This document shows, one piece after another, positions 28,706 to 39,538 of a stretch of DNA of 64,000 nt; position 1 is the stretch's first letter; each line of letters opens with the position of its first letter. The stretch is taken from contig DAHXKG010000008.1 in NCBI GenBank assembly GCA_027366525.1, forward strand, positions 26,556-90,555, given 5' to 3'. The notes under the pieces were generated by a model, which was not told the origin of the DNA, did not search any database, and saw nothing but the letters and a program-made list of their open reading frames with translations. Source of the stretch: a candidate division FCPU426 bacterium (lineage in GTDB: Bacteria; Oederibacteriota; Muellerivitia; Muellerivitales; DAHXKG01). A program made the position numbers and the translations under genes.

Positions 28706-29124
28706 TTACCTGCGTTTGGATTGGGAAAAGTCAAAATGCCAGTTGCAGTCTATTAATTAAAAACTATCAACAACAATTAAGAGCCTGGTGGCCTGTCAAA
28801 CTCATTGAGATCCCCGAAATCGAAAAAATGGTCATAAAATACATTCAATCGAGAAGTCGCCGATCCATTCTGGTTTCATTAGACGTCACTGGAGAACCAA
28901 TGGAATCTCAAAAATTTTCTCGATGGGTCAATCAAACTTCAGATGAAATATATTTTTTTGGATGGGGGAGCAATGGCCCCATTGAAACCGCCAAATCTTA
29001 TTTTCAAAAAACACTGAGCTTGTCGAAAATGACTTTTTCACATGAATTAGCCCGAGTGCTTTTATGGGAACAGCTTTATCGAGCAGGGTTATCGCTTAAA
29101 AATCATCCCTATGTGCTACACTAA
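28702..29124 (+). CDS. rlmH: 23S rRNA (pseudouridine1915-N3)-methyltransferase RlmH
   Basis: Aligns with E. coli RlmH along its length (WPVKLIEIPEIE ~ FELIEIP; LARVLLWEQLYRAGLSLKNHPY ~ [22 protein letters not shown]). TTG start overlapping the upstream stop. Confidence 0.75.
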   Translation: MITCVWIGKSQNASCSLLIKNYQQQLRAWWPVKLIEIPEIEKMVIKYIQSRSRRSILVSLDVTGEPMESQKFSRWVNQTSDEIYFFGWGSNGPIETAKSYFQKTLSLSKMTFSHELARVLLWEQLYRAGLSLKNHPYVLH

Positions 29125-29228
29125 GTCTGATTTTTATTTTAAAATGCTATGAAATGATAAATGAGTGACAAGAATGAATAATCGTCTTCAATCAAGATGT
29201 GATTGTTTGCAGACTTTGATTTTAAAAA

Positions 29229-29930
29229 ATGAGGAGTTATATGAAAAAAATAAGTATATTTTTAATAATTTTTGAAATCCTTACTGTATCTGCAATTTGG
29301 GCCTCCAACTTGATGCCGCCAGCGGATGTATATGTTTTAGGAGCGGTTCATGGATTTATTCAACGGCGTTCCCATAAAAATAGACAATGGCTTAAAATAG
29401 GTGAAGGCAAACAGATACGCGGAAATTCTGAAATTCAATCGGGCTTGCATACGCGAGCAATATTTTTATTACACATGAAAACTATGATGGAATTGGGAAG
29501 CTCAACTAAATTGGTGGTACATTTTCAAAAAGTTAAAAACCTATACAAATTTTGGGATAATCTAAAATCAGGCTCTCTCTGGATAAATTTTAAAAAATTC
29601 CAACATAGTCCAGAAATATATAAAATTACTTCAACGGGAATGGTATTTACCATCCTGTCAAAATTTGCCAATTTTCAGTTAAAACATGAAAAAAATAAAA
29701 ATGAACTTATAATGAACAATGGAGTGGTTCAAGTTGCGACACGCGGTGGTGAAAAAATATTGTCTGGCAAATACCTTTATGCTTTTGAGAATGGATATTT
29801 GGTACTCAAGCGTCGATGGGGACATGAAGAAAAGGTTCAACTTGAAAATTGGGAAAAATTCCAAAAAAAAACAGTTAAGAATTTCAAATGGATTTTACGA
29901 CGTTGGAGATCTTCTTTAAAACATCATTAA
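29229..29930 (+). CDS. hypothetical secreted protein
   Basis: N-terminal signal-like segment MKKISIFLIIFEILTVSAIWA (probable start 29241). Basic, with no clear domain. Confidence 0.4.
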   Translation: MRSYMKKISIFLIIFEILTVSAIWASNLMPPADVYVLGAVHGFIQRRSHKNRQWLKIGEGKQIRGNSEIQSGLHTRAIFLLHMKTMMELGSSTKLVVHFQKVKNLYKFWDNLKSGSLWINFKKFQHSPEIYKITSTGMVFTILSKFANFQLKHEKNKNELIMNNGVVQVATRGGEKILSGKYLYAFENGYLVLKRRWGHEEKVQLENWEKFQKKTVKNFKWILRRWRSSLKHH

Positions 29931-29997
29931 GCATGGACCGATCTAGTAGGAGTGCCTTTTCATGATTTCGATTCTTCTGATAATTGGAAAATAAACA

Positions 29998-31998
29998 ATG
30001 AGCATTTTTGAGCAGTTGAAAAAATTAAATTTAAAAGATCTTTTATTGGAAGAACGTGAACAACAAGAGCAATTAGTTCAATCCATTGGTGAAACATTGA
30101 ATGAGGGAGGTGTTCTATTAGCAGAAGCGGGTACGGGTGTCGGAAAGAGTTTTGCATATTTATTTGCAGCAGCTAAATATGCATTTCAAACACAATCCAC
30201 GGTGGTTATTTCGACTCATACATTACCGCTTCAAGAACAGTTATTTCAGAAAGATATCCCAATAGTTCTCAAAGCATTGGAGCTTCAAAAAATCGCGCCG
30301 ATTGAAGTGGTTTTACTCAAAGGACGTGGAAATTATTTGTCGAAGCGAAGATTGTACTTGGAATTTGAAAATTCACATCAATTGGAATTAAATGATTTAA
30401 ACTCTTCGTTGAGCCAAATTAATGAATGGGCTAATCGGACCTCTAGTGGACTTATTTCAGATGCTAAATTTCCAATTCCCAAAGAAATCTGGGGAAATGT
30501 TCAAAGTCATGCATATCATTGTTTGGGATCTAAATGTTCAAGTTATGAAACCTGTTTTTATCATTCCGTTCGTCGAAAATCTCATTCCGCTCATTTGATT
30601 TTGGTAAATCACGCATTGTTGTTGTCCGACTTATCCTTGAAAATTGACGGTGGAACTGGCGTATTACCGGAATATTCATCGGTAATTTTAGATGAAGCAC
30701 ATCATTTTGTCCCATTGGCATTAGACCACTTATCAACGTCAGTATCGGTTCAGGACTGTTTGGAAATTATTCGACATTTTATTTTTTCAGAAAAAAAATC
30801 ATGGATTCCAATTGAATCGATGCAACTTGCTGCAGAATTCAAACGTGCTGCGGAATCTTTTTTTGATCAATTAACGGTTGAAGGGTTTGATAAAAAAAAT
30901 GTCTCCCCGGGGACTCGAGCGGTTTTACTGCCTGAAAAATTCAATTCGTTTGCAATGGTTGAAAATTCAATTCGAAAAATTCAAAATTTTTTGAAACAAA
31001 TCCAAAGTGTAGCCCCCACGGAAGAACTAGCACTGGAGGTCGAAGGAACATTTGAAGAGTGTGACGAATTAATTAAAAAATTTTCTTATATTATTGATCG
31101 CGCTTGGGATGAGGAAGCCTGTTATATTATTGAGCCGGATTCCCAAGGGCTCAAGAAAAATGAGTTGAAAGCATTTGCGATTAAAGCAGTACCCCTGGAT
31201 CCTTCGGCATTAATTCGTGAACATTTTTTGACATCTGTAAAATCTGCCGTTTTTACAAGTGCTACGTTATCCATTGATGATGATTTTTCTTATTTTCAGC
31301 GCACACTCGGCTTGGAAGATGCGGTGTCAGTTAAAATGCTAAAAGTAGGATCACCCTTTGATTATCAAAATAATGTTACCTTATATTTTCCAGAAGTCAT
31401 GCCGCATCCGAGAACAGAAGAAAAGCAGTACATTGAAAAAATTTCACAATATATCTTAGCGTCGATCCAAAAATCTAATGGGAAAGCATTTGTTTTGTTT
31501 ACTAGTTTAAAAATGATGCAACAAACAGCCACCATTTTAAAAGGAAAAATTGAGCAATTAAATATTCGATTATTGATTCAAGGCGAAGAGGGATGGGATC
31601 GTTCTCAACTTTTGGCTATTTTTAAGAAGGATGTCAATTCGGTTTTATTTGGGGTTAACAGTTTTTGGGAAGGTGTCGATGTTCCAGGAGAAGCATTATC
31701 AAACCTCATTATAACCAAACTCCCATTCAAAGTTCCAGAGGGTCCAGTGGTTGAAGCAAGGCATCAACGGTTTAAAAAATCCGGCTTAAACCCTTTTAAA
31801 ATCGAAAGTTTACCAGAAGCCGCTTTGCAATTGAAGCAAGGATTTGGACGATTGATTCGCTCGAAGTCTGATCGGGGTACCGTTTTAATCTTAGATCCAC
31901 GTATTTTGACAGAATCTTGGGGGAAAACATTTATGAAAGTCTTGCCAAAATGTCAAATTGTTTATCTTAAAACACCGAATCAGTTATTAGAAAAATGA
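29998..31998 (+). CDS. dinG: DinG/Rad3-family ATP-dependent DNA helicase
   Basis: Walker A AEAGTGVGKSF. DEAH box VILDEAHHF. C-terminal helicase motifs GVNSFWEGVD and FGRLIRS are present. Confidence 0.75.
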   Translation: MSIFEQLKKLNLKDLLLEEREQQEQLVQSIGETLNEGGVLLAEAGTGVGKSFAYLFAAAKYAFQTQSTVVISTHTLPLQEQLFQKDIPIVLKALELQKIAPIEVVLLKGRGNYLSKRRLYLEFENSHQLELNDLNSSLSQINEWANRTSSGLISDAKFPIPKEIWGNVQSHAYHCLGSKCSSYETCFYHSVRRKSHSAHLILVNHALLLSDLSLKIDGGTGVLPEYSSVILDEAHHFVPLALDHLSTSVSVQDCLEIIRHFIFSEKKSWIPIESMQLAAEFKRAAESFFDQLTVEGFDKKNVSPGTRAVLLPEKFNSFAMVENSIRKIQNFLKQIQSVAPTEELALEVEGTFEECDELIKKFSYIIDRAWDEEACYIIEPDSQGLKKNELKAFAIKAVPLDPSALIREHFLTSVKSAVFTSATLSIDDDFSYFQRTLGLEDAVSVKMLKVGSPFDYQNNVTLYFPEVMPHPRTEEKQYIEKISQYILASIQKSNGKAFVLFTSLKMMQQTATILKGKIEQLNIRLLIQGEEGWDRSQLLAIFKKDVNSVLFGVNSFWEGVDVPGEALSNLIITKLPFKVPEGPVVEARHQRFKKSGLNPFKIESLPEAALQLKQGFGRLIRSKSDRGTVLILDPRILTESWGKTFMKVLPKCQIVYLKTPNQLLEK

Positions 31999-32106
31999 AC
32001 TATTTTTAAAATGGTCAAAATCATGTTAATATGCCATTTTTGAACCATATTTATTTCAAATAAAAATCAAAGTTGCACTCACAACAATTGCTTGTAAAAT
32101 AACTAT

Positions 32107-33186
32107 ATGTCGAGGAATAAAATTAAAACTAATCGCTCACAAGTTACTTCATCACCTGAATATGCGCAGTCGTCAGGAAGGTTGGTGGATAAAGAAAAAA
32201 AAATGGGAGATGATGAGGTTAATATTCGGCCTCAAACTTTGTCTGATTATATTGGACAAGATGCGATTCGAGATACAATTAATATATCTTTACTTGCAGC
32301 TAAGCGTAGGAATGAATCCTTGGATCATGTTTTATTATCTGGACCTCCGGGTCTTGGAAAAACAACATTGGCATACCTATTGGCCAAAGAAATGGGCGTT
32401 AATTTAAAAATTACTTCAGGACCAGTGATTGAACGCGCAGGCGACGTGGCTTCTTTACTTACCAACCTTCAGGTCAATGATATGCTTTTTATTGATGAAA
32501 TTCATCGGCTCCCAAGAGTGGTTGAGGAAGTACTCTACCCTGCATTAGAAGATTTTCAACTTGATATTATGATTGGCAAAGGTCCAATGGCACGATCTAT
32601 TCGGATTGATTTGCCACCGTTTACGTTAGTGGGTGCAACAACCCGTTCGGGAAAGGTAAGTGCTCCACTTCGAGATCGATTTGGAATAACATTGAGATTG
32701 GAATTTTATAACCCTTCTGAATTGACCAAAATCCTTTCCCGTTCTGCAAAAATTTTAAAAATAGAGATATCGGAATCCGGGTGTTTGGAAATAGCCAAAC
32801 GCTCTCGCGGAACTCCGCGTATTGCCAACCGCTTGCTTAAACGAGTCCGGGATTTTGCACAAGTTCAAGCCAAATCCGATTTTATTGATGAAAAAATTGC
32901 CAATGAAGCACTACAATTATTGGACGTAGATCAATTAGGGTTGGATCGAATGGATCATAAATTTTTAAACACAATTGTTACAAAATTTAATGGGGGACCG
33001 GTTGGTTTGGAAACAATTGCGATGGCCGTGGGTGAAGAAGCGGAAACATTAGAAGATGTTTACGAACCATATTTGGTGCAATTGGGTTTTTTACAAAGAA
33101 CTCCAACAGGTCGAAAAGCGACGCTCTTGGCATTTCAACATTTAAAAATACCCCCAAAATCAGAACTTCAAGAGAGACTTCTTTGA
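32107..33186 (+). CDS. ruvB: Holliday junction branch-migration helicase RuvB
   Basis: [14 protein letters not shown] (Walker A), DEIHRL (Walker B), and arginine finger / sensor regions. The true start is probably the internal M at 32203 ([19 protein letters not shown]). Confidence 0.9.
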   Translation: MSRNKIKTNRSQVTSSPEYAQSSGRLVDKEKKMGDDEVNIRPQTLSDYIGQDAIRDTINISLLAAKRRNESLDHVLLSGPPGLGKTTLAYLLAKEMGVNLKITSGPVIERAGDVASLLTNLQVNDMLFIDEIHRLPRVVEEVLYPALEDFQLDIMIGKGPMARSIRIDLPPFTLVGATTRSGKVSAPLRDRFGITLRLEFYNPSELTKILSRSAKILKIEISESGCLEIAKRSRGTPRIANRLLKRVRDFAQVQAKSDFIDEKIANEALQLLDVDQLGLDRMDHKFLNTIVTKFNGGPVGLETIAMAVGEEAETLEDVYEPYLVQLGFLQRTPTGRKATLLAFQHLKIPPKSELQERLL

Positions 33187-33187
33187 T

Positions 33188-34474
33188 ATGGATTTAAATA
33201 TACAGAAAAGAAAACATGGATTCTCATTTGTTGTTTTTTATATTTGGATTTTCAGCTTTGGAATTGGGACAGGGATTGTTTTCTTTTATTTGTTACATAT
33301 AAAAAACTTAAAAAATTGGGTATCCCTAGGGATGTGCATTTTCGTTGGAATTCTTTTTGCCTTTTTAATTTTAGAAATTGTGCAAGTGTTTTTTTTAAAG
33401 CACTTACGATATTTTTCGGAATCCATTCGAAAATTGTCAAATAATTCTGATGCCATGAATCAATCGAGGAATCAATCTAGAAATTTTTTGGAACTACTAA
33501 TTGATTTTGATGTCCTGTTTGGGTACTTAAATGCTTCTTTATCACAATTGAAGTTAACTTCGGATGAAACTCTCAGCCTGGCAAAACAGTTAACGCAAAC
33601 GATTCAGCAGATGCATAGTGCTACGGAAGAAGTTTCTGAAACCGTGCAAAATATTTCTAAAGGTGCCGAGGATCAAGTTCAAAAAGTTCAAGAAGCTTTT
33701 TCAATTATTGACCATATGGCGGGGAGTATTCAAAATTCAACTGAACAATTAAAATCATCCGAAAAAGTTATTTCGCATGCTCGCGGGGCAACGGATTCGG
33801 GTAAACAAGCTGTTCAAAAGGCGATTGCCCAAATGAAAAGTATTTATGATGTTGTTCAATCGTCCTCTAAGGAAGTTAATGAATTGGGATCCCGATCTAT
33901 GGCGATTGGGCAGGTAGTAGACGTGATTACTAACATTGCGGATCAAACTAATTTATTGGCATTGAATGCGGCCATTGAAGCGGCTCGTGCGGGCGAAGCT
34001 GGTCAAGGATTTGCAGTTGTTGCTGATGAAGTAAAAAAACTTGCCGACGGTTCATCAGCGGCAGCCAGTCGAATTGGTCACATGGTTCGGGATATTCAAA
34101 AGGAAATTATTCAAGTTGTTCAGAGTATGAATATTGGGGCTGAAAAAGTTTCAGATGGCATGACAATCGTTGGGAAAGCGGGCGATGCATTATCTGAAAT
34201 ATATTCATCAACTGAAGAAGTGATTCGGCAGGTTCAGAATATTTCCGTGGCATTTGAAAATCAAGCCGAACAGGCTGGAAAAGTAGTGGAAGCCATTACC
34301 AATATTGTTGCTGTCTCTGAGGAGAATGCGGCCGCAACCGAACAAATTTCTGCTTCTACGGAAGAATTAACAGCATCCATGGAATCGGTTTTAGCAGCAG
34401 CGCGTCAATTAGAAGGTGTAGCCCAGCGACTCACCAATTCTTCCATTATTTTCAAAAAAAATACTCGTTTATAG
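33188..34474 (+). CDS. methyl-accepting chemotaxis protein (two TM helices, essentially no periplasmic sensor domain)
   Basis: Highly conserved MCP signalling motif [33 protein letters not shown]. Two N-terminal hydrophobic helices separated by about 10 residues. Confidence 0.85.
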   Translation: MDLNIQKRKHGFSFVVFYIWIFSFGIGTGIVFFYLLHIKNLKNWVSLGMCIFVGILFAFLILEIVQVFFLKHLRYFSESIRKLSNNSDAMNQSRNQSRNFLELLIDFDVLFGYLNASLSQLKLTSDETLSLAKQLTQTIQQMHSATEEVSETVQNISKGAEDQVQKVQEAFSIIDHMAGSIQNSTEQLKSSEKVISHARGATDSGKQAVQKAIAQMKSIYDVVQSSSKEVNELGSRSMAIGQVVDVITNIADQTNLLALNAAIEAARAGEAGQGFAVVADEVKKLADGSSAAASRIGHMVRDIQKEIIQVVQSMNIGAEKVSDGMTIVGKAGDALSEIYSSTEEVIRQVQNISVAFENQAEQAGKVVEAITNIVAVSEENAAATEQISASTEELTASMESVLAAARQLEGVAQRLTNSSIIFKKNTRL

Positions 34475-34611
34475 TTTTTTGGAATTCGATATAATTCAAA
34501 TATGTAAAATATCATAATGACTTTGAATACACTTGTTTATAATTTTAAAAATTTATTGAGTAAGGGTGAAAGTCGATTTTTAGTATATTTTAAAAATTTA
34601 GCGGAAGAGCA

Positions 34612-35271
34612 GTGGACTTTATAAAATGGGAGTGTAAAATGAAAAAATATAATGAAATTCAAATTCCTGAAAGCATAACTGAAATTATAAAAAACGAGAA
34701 GTCATGTTTGGTTGTTTGGGATGTTCAAAATGCTTTGGTCAACCGTATTTTTAATAAACCTGTTTTTCTGGAAAAATTAAAAAAATTATTAGCAGTTGCT
34801 CGTGATCGAGTACCGATTTTTTATACGGTGATTACACCACTTCCAAAAGAATTTCAGTCATCTTGGAGCATTTATTCCATGATGAGACGATTTAAAGTCG
34901 ATGATCCAAATAAATTGCCAAATTTTATGGCGCCGGGTTCTAACGATCGAGAAATTCCAATGGAGGTTTTCCCACAAAAAATGGATGTCGTTATGGAAAA
35001 ATCAACTCCCAATATTTTCCTTGGAACCAATTTTGAGTCCATGCTTCGGAACCGGGGGATTGAAACCATTATTTTTACAGGGATTGCAACTGAAATGGGT
35101 ATTGAACATTCAGCGCGAGATGCGTCGGCTCGAGGCTTTTATCCAGTGGTTGTTTCCGATGCTGTTTCATCAATGGATCCCAATGGACATGAGCGATCAT
35201 TGATTACGATGCAGAACATGCTCATTGTAGAGGAATCTGAAAAAATTATGAAAATACTAAGTGAAAATTAG
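34612..35271 (+). CDS. isochorismatase-family cysteine hydrolase
   Basis: FTGIATEMGIEHSARDASARGFYPVVVSDAVSS matches the isochorismatase-like fold (catalytic Cys replaced; family-level call). Confidence 0.55.
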   Translation: MDFIKWECKMKKYNEIQIPESITEIIKNEKSCLVVWDVQNALVNRIFNKPVFLEKLKKLLAVARDRVPIFYTVITPLPKEFQSSWSIYSMMRRFKVDDPNKLPNFMAPGSNDREIPMEVFPQKMDVVMEKSTPNIFLGTNFESMLRNRGIETIIFTGIATEMGIEHSARDASARGFYPVVVSDAVSSMDPNGHERSLITMQNMLIVEESEKIMKILSEN

Positions 35272-35450
35272 CATGATGTTTTTTTATGGCTCAAAGGCTT
35301 GATTTTAATTAGTGCCTAAGAATTTAGAAAATGTTTAAGTTGATCGTTCTGAGTTTTATTGTTTCAAAGGCGGATGAGCCAATTTTCTAATATAAGTTTC
35401 TAGCCAAGATAAAAACGGGATTAAAATTTGGAAGACCTCGCCGAGGTGTG

Positions 35451-35483
35451 AGTTTACTCATTCACTTGAGTAAACTGGTTTTG
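35451..35483 (+). terminator. strong hairpin (10-bp perfect inverted repeat) in the intergenic region upstream of the GH5 gene
   Basis: AGTTTACTCA-ttcact-TGAGTAAACT followed by GGTTTTG. Could terminate the upstream + strand unit or act as a 5' regulatory hairpin. Confidence 0.45.
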
Positions 35484-35552
35484 AATTTAATATATAAATA
35501 CGAGTTTAACTACACGACAAATACCCATATCGTTAATAATATGCTATAATTT

Positions 35553-37364
35553 ATGAAAACGATTTTACATTGGATGGGTAATTTGCATTTGAATTTATCA
35601 AGTGAAGTTAAAAAAGTGATTATAAAAACAAGCATACTTTTTTGGGTATTGAGTGTTGGGTTGTTAACGCTTGGGACATCACAATCCTATGCTTCCCCAG
35701 ATCCATTATTCGTCAATGGAAATGAGGTTGTAACGAGTGCCGGCTGCACGGTTCATCTTCGTGGGGTCGATATTGATAGCATGGAATGGTATGATGGTAA
35801 TGGAGATCCTGGAGAAGGCCCTCCCGGTGGATATGGAGGAACCATTATTGGTTCGGTCCAAGAGGCGGTAACGGCTTGGCATGTGAGTATTATTCGTCTG
35901 CCACTGAATCAAGATTTTTGGTTTGGATGTGGAGGAGCGGGTGCAGTAACTTATCAAGACACTGTGGCTAATATTGTTAATTATTGCTCAACTAATAATG
36001 TCTATGTGATTCTCGATTTACATTGGTCAGGAACCTATGCAGGGCTTGCCACGGCAGGTGCAACCACGTACACCTCACCTTGTTCAGGAGCAGGATGGGG
36101 TACGGCAACGGGGCAGCAATCCATGGCGGACGGAAATGCGGTTACCTTTTGGAGTTCCGTGGCGGCAACGTATGCCAATAATCCTGCGGTTTTATTTGAT
36201 TTATATAATGAACCCTTTGTTTCCAGCTGGTCTGTTTGGCAATATGGTGGAACAACCGGTGGCATACCGGCTTGGACACCGGGGATGCAAGGACTCTTGA
36301 ATGCAGTAAGAGCTACTGGCGCTAATAATATTTGTTTAGCGGGTGGACTGAGTTATGCACACAATTTAACTCAAATTTGCGATTACCCATTAACAAATGT
36401 TGGAAATGGTATTGTTTTTTCTGCCCATATTTATGGAAATCAACTAGGCGATACTTCATCAGGATGGGGGCCTGATATTGATCCGGCAACTGTGTGTGGC
36501 CCAGTATTTATTGGTGAGATGGGACCTTCAACTAGTTGTAATACTAATAATAGTACTTTTGATAGCAATGTTTTTTCGTGGATTGATAACACGACTGGAA
36601 TTATAGGAGGCACAGCATGGTCGATGACTACCACGTCTTGCCCAAATCTTTTGACAAGCTATAGTAATTTTGTTCCAACTTCTTGGGGTATGGCTGTTTC
36701 TACATGGTTAACAACTCCAGTTCCAACATGTGTATCCTCCCCCATCCCCACAAATACGGTAACATCAACTCCAACCATTACGGCAACAGCAACAGTTACC
36801 AAAACACCCACAGTTACTCCCACGATTACACTTACTGGGACTTCAACCGCAACGCTGACGGTTACGAATACGCTAACAATAACACCAACAGCTACACCAA
36901 CGGCAACGTTAACACCAACGCTTACGCCAACATGGACTCCCACAGGAACGATTACTCCACAAGTAACCAATACGGCTACTCCTACAAAAACTCCTACGGT
37001 GACCCCAACCCAGACTCCGACCATAACTCCGACAATAACGTCAACGGTTACGATAACGGCTACTCCATCACTGGTTCAAGACTCTATATCTTATCCATAT
37101 CCGAATCCGCCCGAATTGGGTGGATCAATTTTTGTTCAGATTAAAACAAGTCAAATTTCAACAGTAACCTATTCAGTTTTTACAACGGCATATCGAAAAA
37201 TTTTTGAAAGAGAAGTAGCAATTGATGGAAATGGGATTATCAGTTGGAACTTGTTAGATCAAAATGGAGGCAAAGTTGCCAACGGAGTGTATTATTTAAA
37301 AATAGTTGTTAAAAATCTAAACGAAACATTACAAAGAATCGATAAAATTATTATTATTCAATAA
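35553..37364 (+). CDS. glycoside hydrolase family 5 endoglucanase with a Thr/Pro-rich linker and a Por-type C-terminal sorting domain
   Basis: GH5 catalytic motifs LYNEPF (acid/base) and FIGEMG (nucleophile). A roughly 110-aa TPT repeat linker is present. The C-terminus YPYPNPPELGGSIFVQIK...NGVYYLKIVVKNLNETLQRIDKIIIIQ matches the Por secretion tail consensus. Confidence 0.8.
   Translation: MKTILHWMGNLHLNLSSEVKKVIIKTSILFWVLSVGLLTLGTSQSYASPDPLFVNGNEVVTSAGCTVHLRGVDIDSMEWYDGNGDPGEGPPGGYGGTIIGSVQEAVTAWHVSIIRLPLNQDFWFGCGGAGAVTYQDTVANIVNYCSTNNVYVILDLHWSGTYAGLATAGATTYTSPCSGAGWGTATGQQSMADGNAVTFWSSVAATYANNPAVLFDLYNEPFVSSWSVWQYGGTTGGIPAWTPGMQGLLNAVRATGANNICLAGGLSYAHNLTQICDYPLTNVGNGIVFSAHIYGNQLGDTSSGWGPDIDPATVCGPVFIGEMGPSTSCNTNNSTFDSNVFSWIDNTTGIIGGTAWSMTTTSCPNLLTSYSNFVPTSWGMAVSTWLTTPVPTCVSSPIPTNTVTSTPTITATATVTKTPTVTPTITLTGTSTATLTVTNTLTITPTATPTATLTPTLTPTWTPTGTITPQVTNTATPTKTPTVTPTQTPTITPTITSTVTITATPSLVQDSISYPYPNPPELGGSIFVQIKTSQISTVTYSVFTTAYRKIFEREVAIDGNGIISWNLLDQNGGKVANGVYYLKIVVKNLNETLQRIDKIIIIQ
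36740..37070 (+). repeat. low-complexity ACN/CCN codon repeat encoding the Thr/Pro linker of the GH5 protein
   Basis: Read directly. Produces spurious alternate-frame ORFs (36659..37024 - and 36683..37144 +). Confidence 0.8.
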
Positions 37365-39403
37365 GCGAGTTTTTGGCGAATGTAATTTATTGCCTGTTGG
37401 GCTTGGATGTTATTAGGGTTTATCTGAAGCGTTTTGTGGAACCAATGGACCGATTGTAATAAATTATTTAATTGATAATTAATAACCCCCAAATAATAAT
37501 AAGCGTTTTCAAATTTTGAATTGATTTGAATAGTCTGATGAAGCCAAAATTTGGATTTCTGAAATTTTCCTAAAAAATAATAAGCAATTGCAATTTGAAA
37601 TGAATATTGTGGATTTTGTGGATTCCAATGGTGTGCCCATAGGAATTGGTGCATTCCTTTTTTTATGAGTGATTGGATTTTTAAAGCATTTTTTGGAAAA
37701 GAAGCTAACGCTTTTTTCAATTTCATTGCGCGTTGTATATAATAAGAGCCTAACCAAGTCCGGGCAATCGAATAGTCATTTAAAATAGTAATTCGCGTAC
37801 GATTATCTAAGGAATTATCTGGACTCCTGAAATTGGGAAGTTGCATGGTTTTCCAAATGGAAAGATCTATTTGGGGATTGAAATTTTTATCATCAGTGTT
37901 CAAAAACATTCGTTCCGTGATGCCATAGGGATAAGTTTTTGAATTTTGAAAGTAGGTATGCGGAGAAATATAAAAATTAAAAAAATAACGATGATTTGGA
38001 TTATGGGCAACCATCCAGTGAAATAAGTGTCCATGAATGTACTCTTTTCCATGATGATTAGTGGGATAAAATATTTTTAAATGTGGATGTAAGTGTAACT
38101 GGTCTAATCGATACCAGGCCATCGGTAAGCTTCCTGATCCAAGAACGACTAGATCTTTTCGTTGACCGCGAATTAATTGAAGGTACCAGCATGGGAATTC
38201 AACCGCATCACCTTTACAAAAAAAGAATGCATGACGGGGTAGACTTCTCCAGGCATTTAGAATGTAGTTATACGTATAGGTGTAAAAGGTTTGTTGATTT
38301 TTAATGGTTCGAATATTGATGAGTAAAAACACACAAAATAATGAAATTAAGGAAATTAATCTTTTTTTTCTTTTTAAATAGTTGAAAGAATCGATGAAAA
38401 AATCAAAACCCAAGGCAGAAAATACGACTAAAAAAAACAGAGAACTGATGGAAAAGTTTCGAAGTAAATAAAATTTTGATTTTGGGAGGTTAACATAAGT
38501 TATTAGTACGACGACGAAAGCAATCCAACTGATTGCGAGTCCGGTGATAAAAGTATTTTTTTTCTTCCAAATCCAATAGAGTCCTAAAAGACTAAAGACA
38601 CCTATTCCATAAAATTCTTGGATGCAAAGTTTAAAGTAGAATTCTAACTGTTGAATCCATTTTAATGGCGACCCAAAAATTTCTCGAGAATTTTGGTATT
38701 CCATTCTAAAAACATGGAATAGAAATTTTTTATAATTGCTAGGATCTCCCCAATTAATTAATGGATTTTGTATAGCACGAAGTGGTAAATAAAGATAAGT
38801 GGATAGGGCAATTAGTATGAAAGATAAACCCACAATAATTTTTTTAAAATCAAGTGTTCTTTTTTTATAGATTGAAACGATACTCCAAGTGATTCCAATC
38901 GAATATCCTAGGATGCTCATCCAATGATTGGTAAGCGAGAGTCCCCAAATAAAGCAAAACAGTAAAAATTTTCCTTGTGAAAGAAAATAAAATATTAAAA
39001 TTAAGAATAAGACAGTCAATACATAAATTCCGGTTTTGGCACTTAACGAGGCGGTATAGCTATCGATGCCGGTCATCCAAAGTAGTGAAAAAGTCAAACC
39101 ACAAGTCGTGGAAAGATTTAATCGGTTTTTTAAAAAAAGAAACAGTAACGCACAGACACAAGCAGTGAGAAATGCCGAGAGTAAATTGATCCGAAAACAA
39201 ACTTGTGAAAGGGGAAGTAGGGAGAATAAATGGGCAATGAGAATAAATAGAGGATATCCTGGAGGATGCGCAATGCCTAGAGTAGTGGAGGAAGAAATAA
39301 TTTCTGGGCTATCATCTAAATAAAAAGTTGGATTTAAACCGATTAGACTGTACAAGAATGCACAAAGAAAAATTCCAGAACTAATCCAAAGGTTTCGATT
39401 CAT
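37358..39403 (-). CDS. DUF2723-family polytopic membrane protein (protein O-mannosyltransferase / TMEM260-like) with C-terminal TPR repeats
   Basis: Hallmark N-terminal motif GIAHPPGYPLFILIAHLF. At least 10 predicted TM helices. C-terminal TPR-like repeats (AYYFLGKFQKS..., AYYYLGVINYQLNN...). Confidence 0.7.
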   Translation of the reverse strand: MNRNLWISSGIFLCAFLYSLIGLNPTFYLDDSPEIISSSTTLGIAHPPGYPLFILIAHLFSLLPLSQVCFRINLLSAFLTACVCALLFLFLKNRLNLSTTCGLTFSLLWMTGIDSYTASLSAKTGIYVLTVLFLILIFYFLSQGKFLLFCFIWGLSLTNHWMSILGYSIGITWSIVSIYKKRTLDFKKIIVGLSFILIALSTYLYLPLRAIQNPLINWGDPSNYKKFLFHVFRMEYQNSREIFGSPLKWIQQLEFYFKLCIQEFYGIGVFSLLGLYWIWKKKNTFITGLAISWIAFVVVLITYVNLPKSKFYLLRNFSISSLFFLVVFSALGFDFFIDSFNYLKRKKRLISLISLFCVFLLINIRTIKNQQTFYTYTYNYILNAWRSLPRHAFFFCKGDAVEFPCWYLQLIRGQRKDLVVLGSGSLPMAWYRLDQLHLHPHLKIFYPTNHHGKEYIHGHLFHWMVAHNPNHRYFFNFYISPHTYFQNSKTYPYGITERMFLNTDDKNFNPQIDLSIWKTMQLPNFRSPDNSLDNRTRITILNDYSIARTWLGSYYIQRAMKLKKALASFPKNALKIQSLIKKGMHQFLWAHHWNPQNPQYSFQIAIAYYFLGKFQKSKFWLHQTIQINSKFENAYYYLGVINYQLNNLLQSVHWFHKTLQINPNNIQAQQAINYIRQKLAY

Positions 39404-39538
39404 GCATTTATCAGGTCATTAGTAATTTGTATTTGTAATGCTTTGATTATTTTAATTAGCGGTATCCATCAAATCAAATAAATTCTCGTAATTCAAGGTA
39501 AAATGTAGCAGGTATAATCAAGTAAGGTAGGAGAAATT

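Noticed and set aside
36659-37144. VGV-repeat ORF (36659..37024, -) and N/Y-rich ORF (36683..37144, +)
   Set aside because: These are alternate-frame readings of the ACN/CCN codon repeat that encodes the Thr/Pro linker of the GH5 protein.
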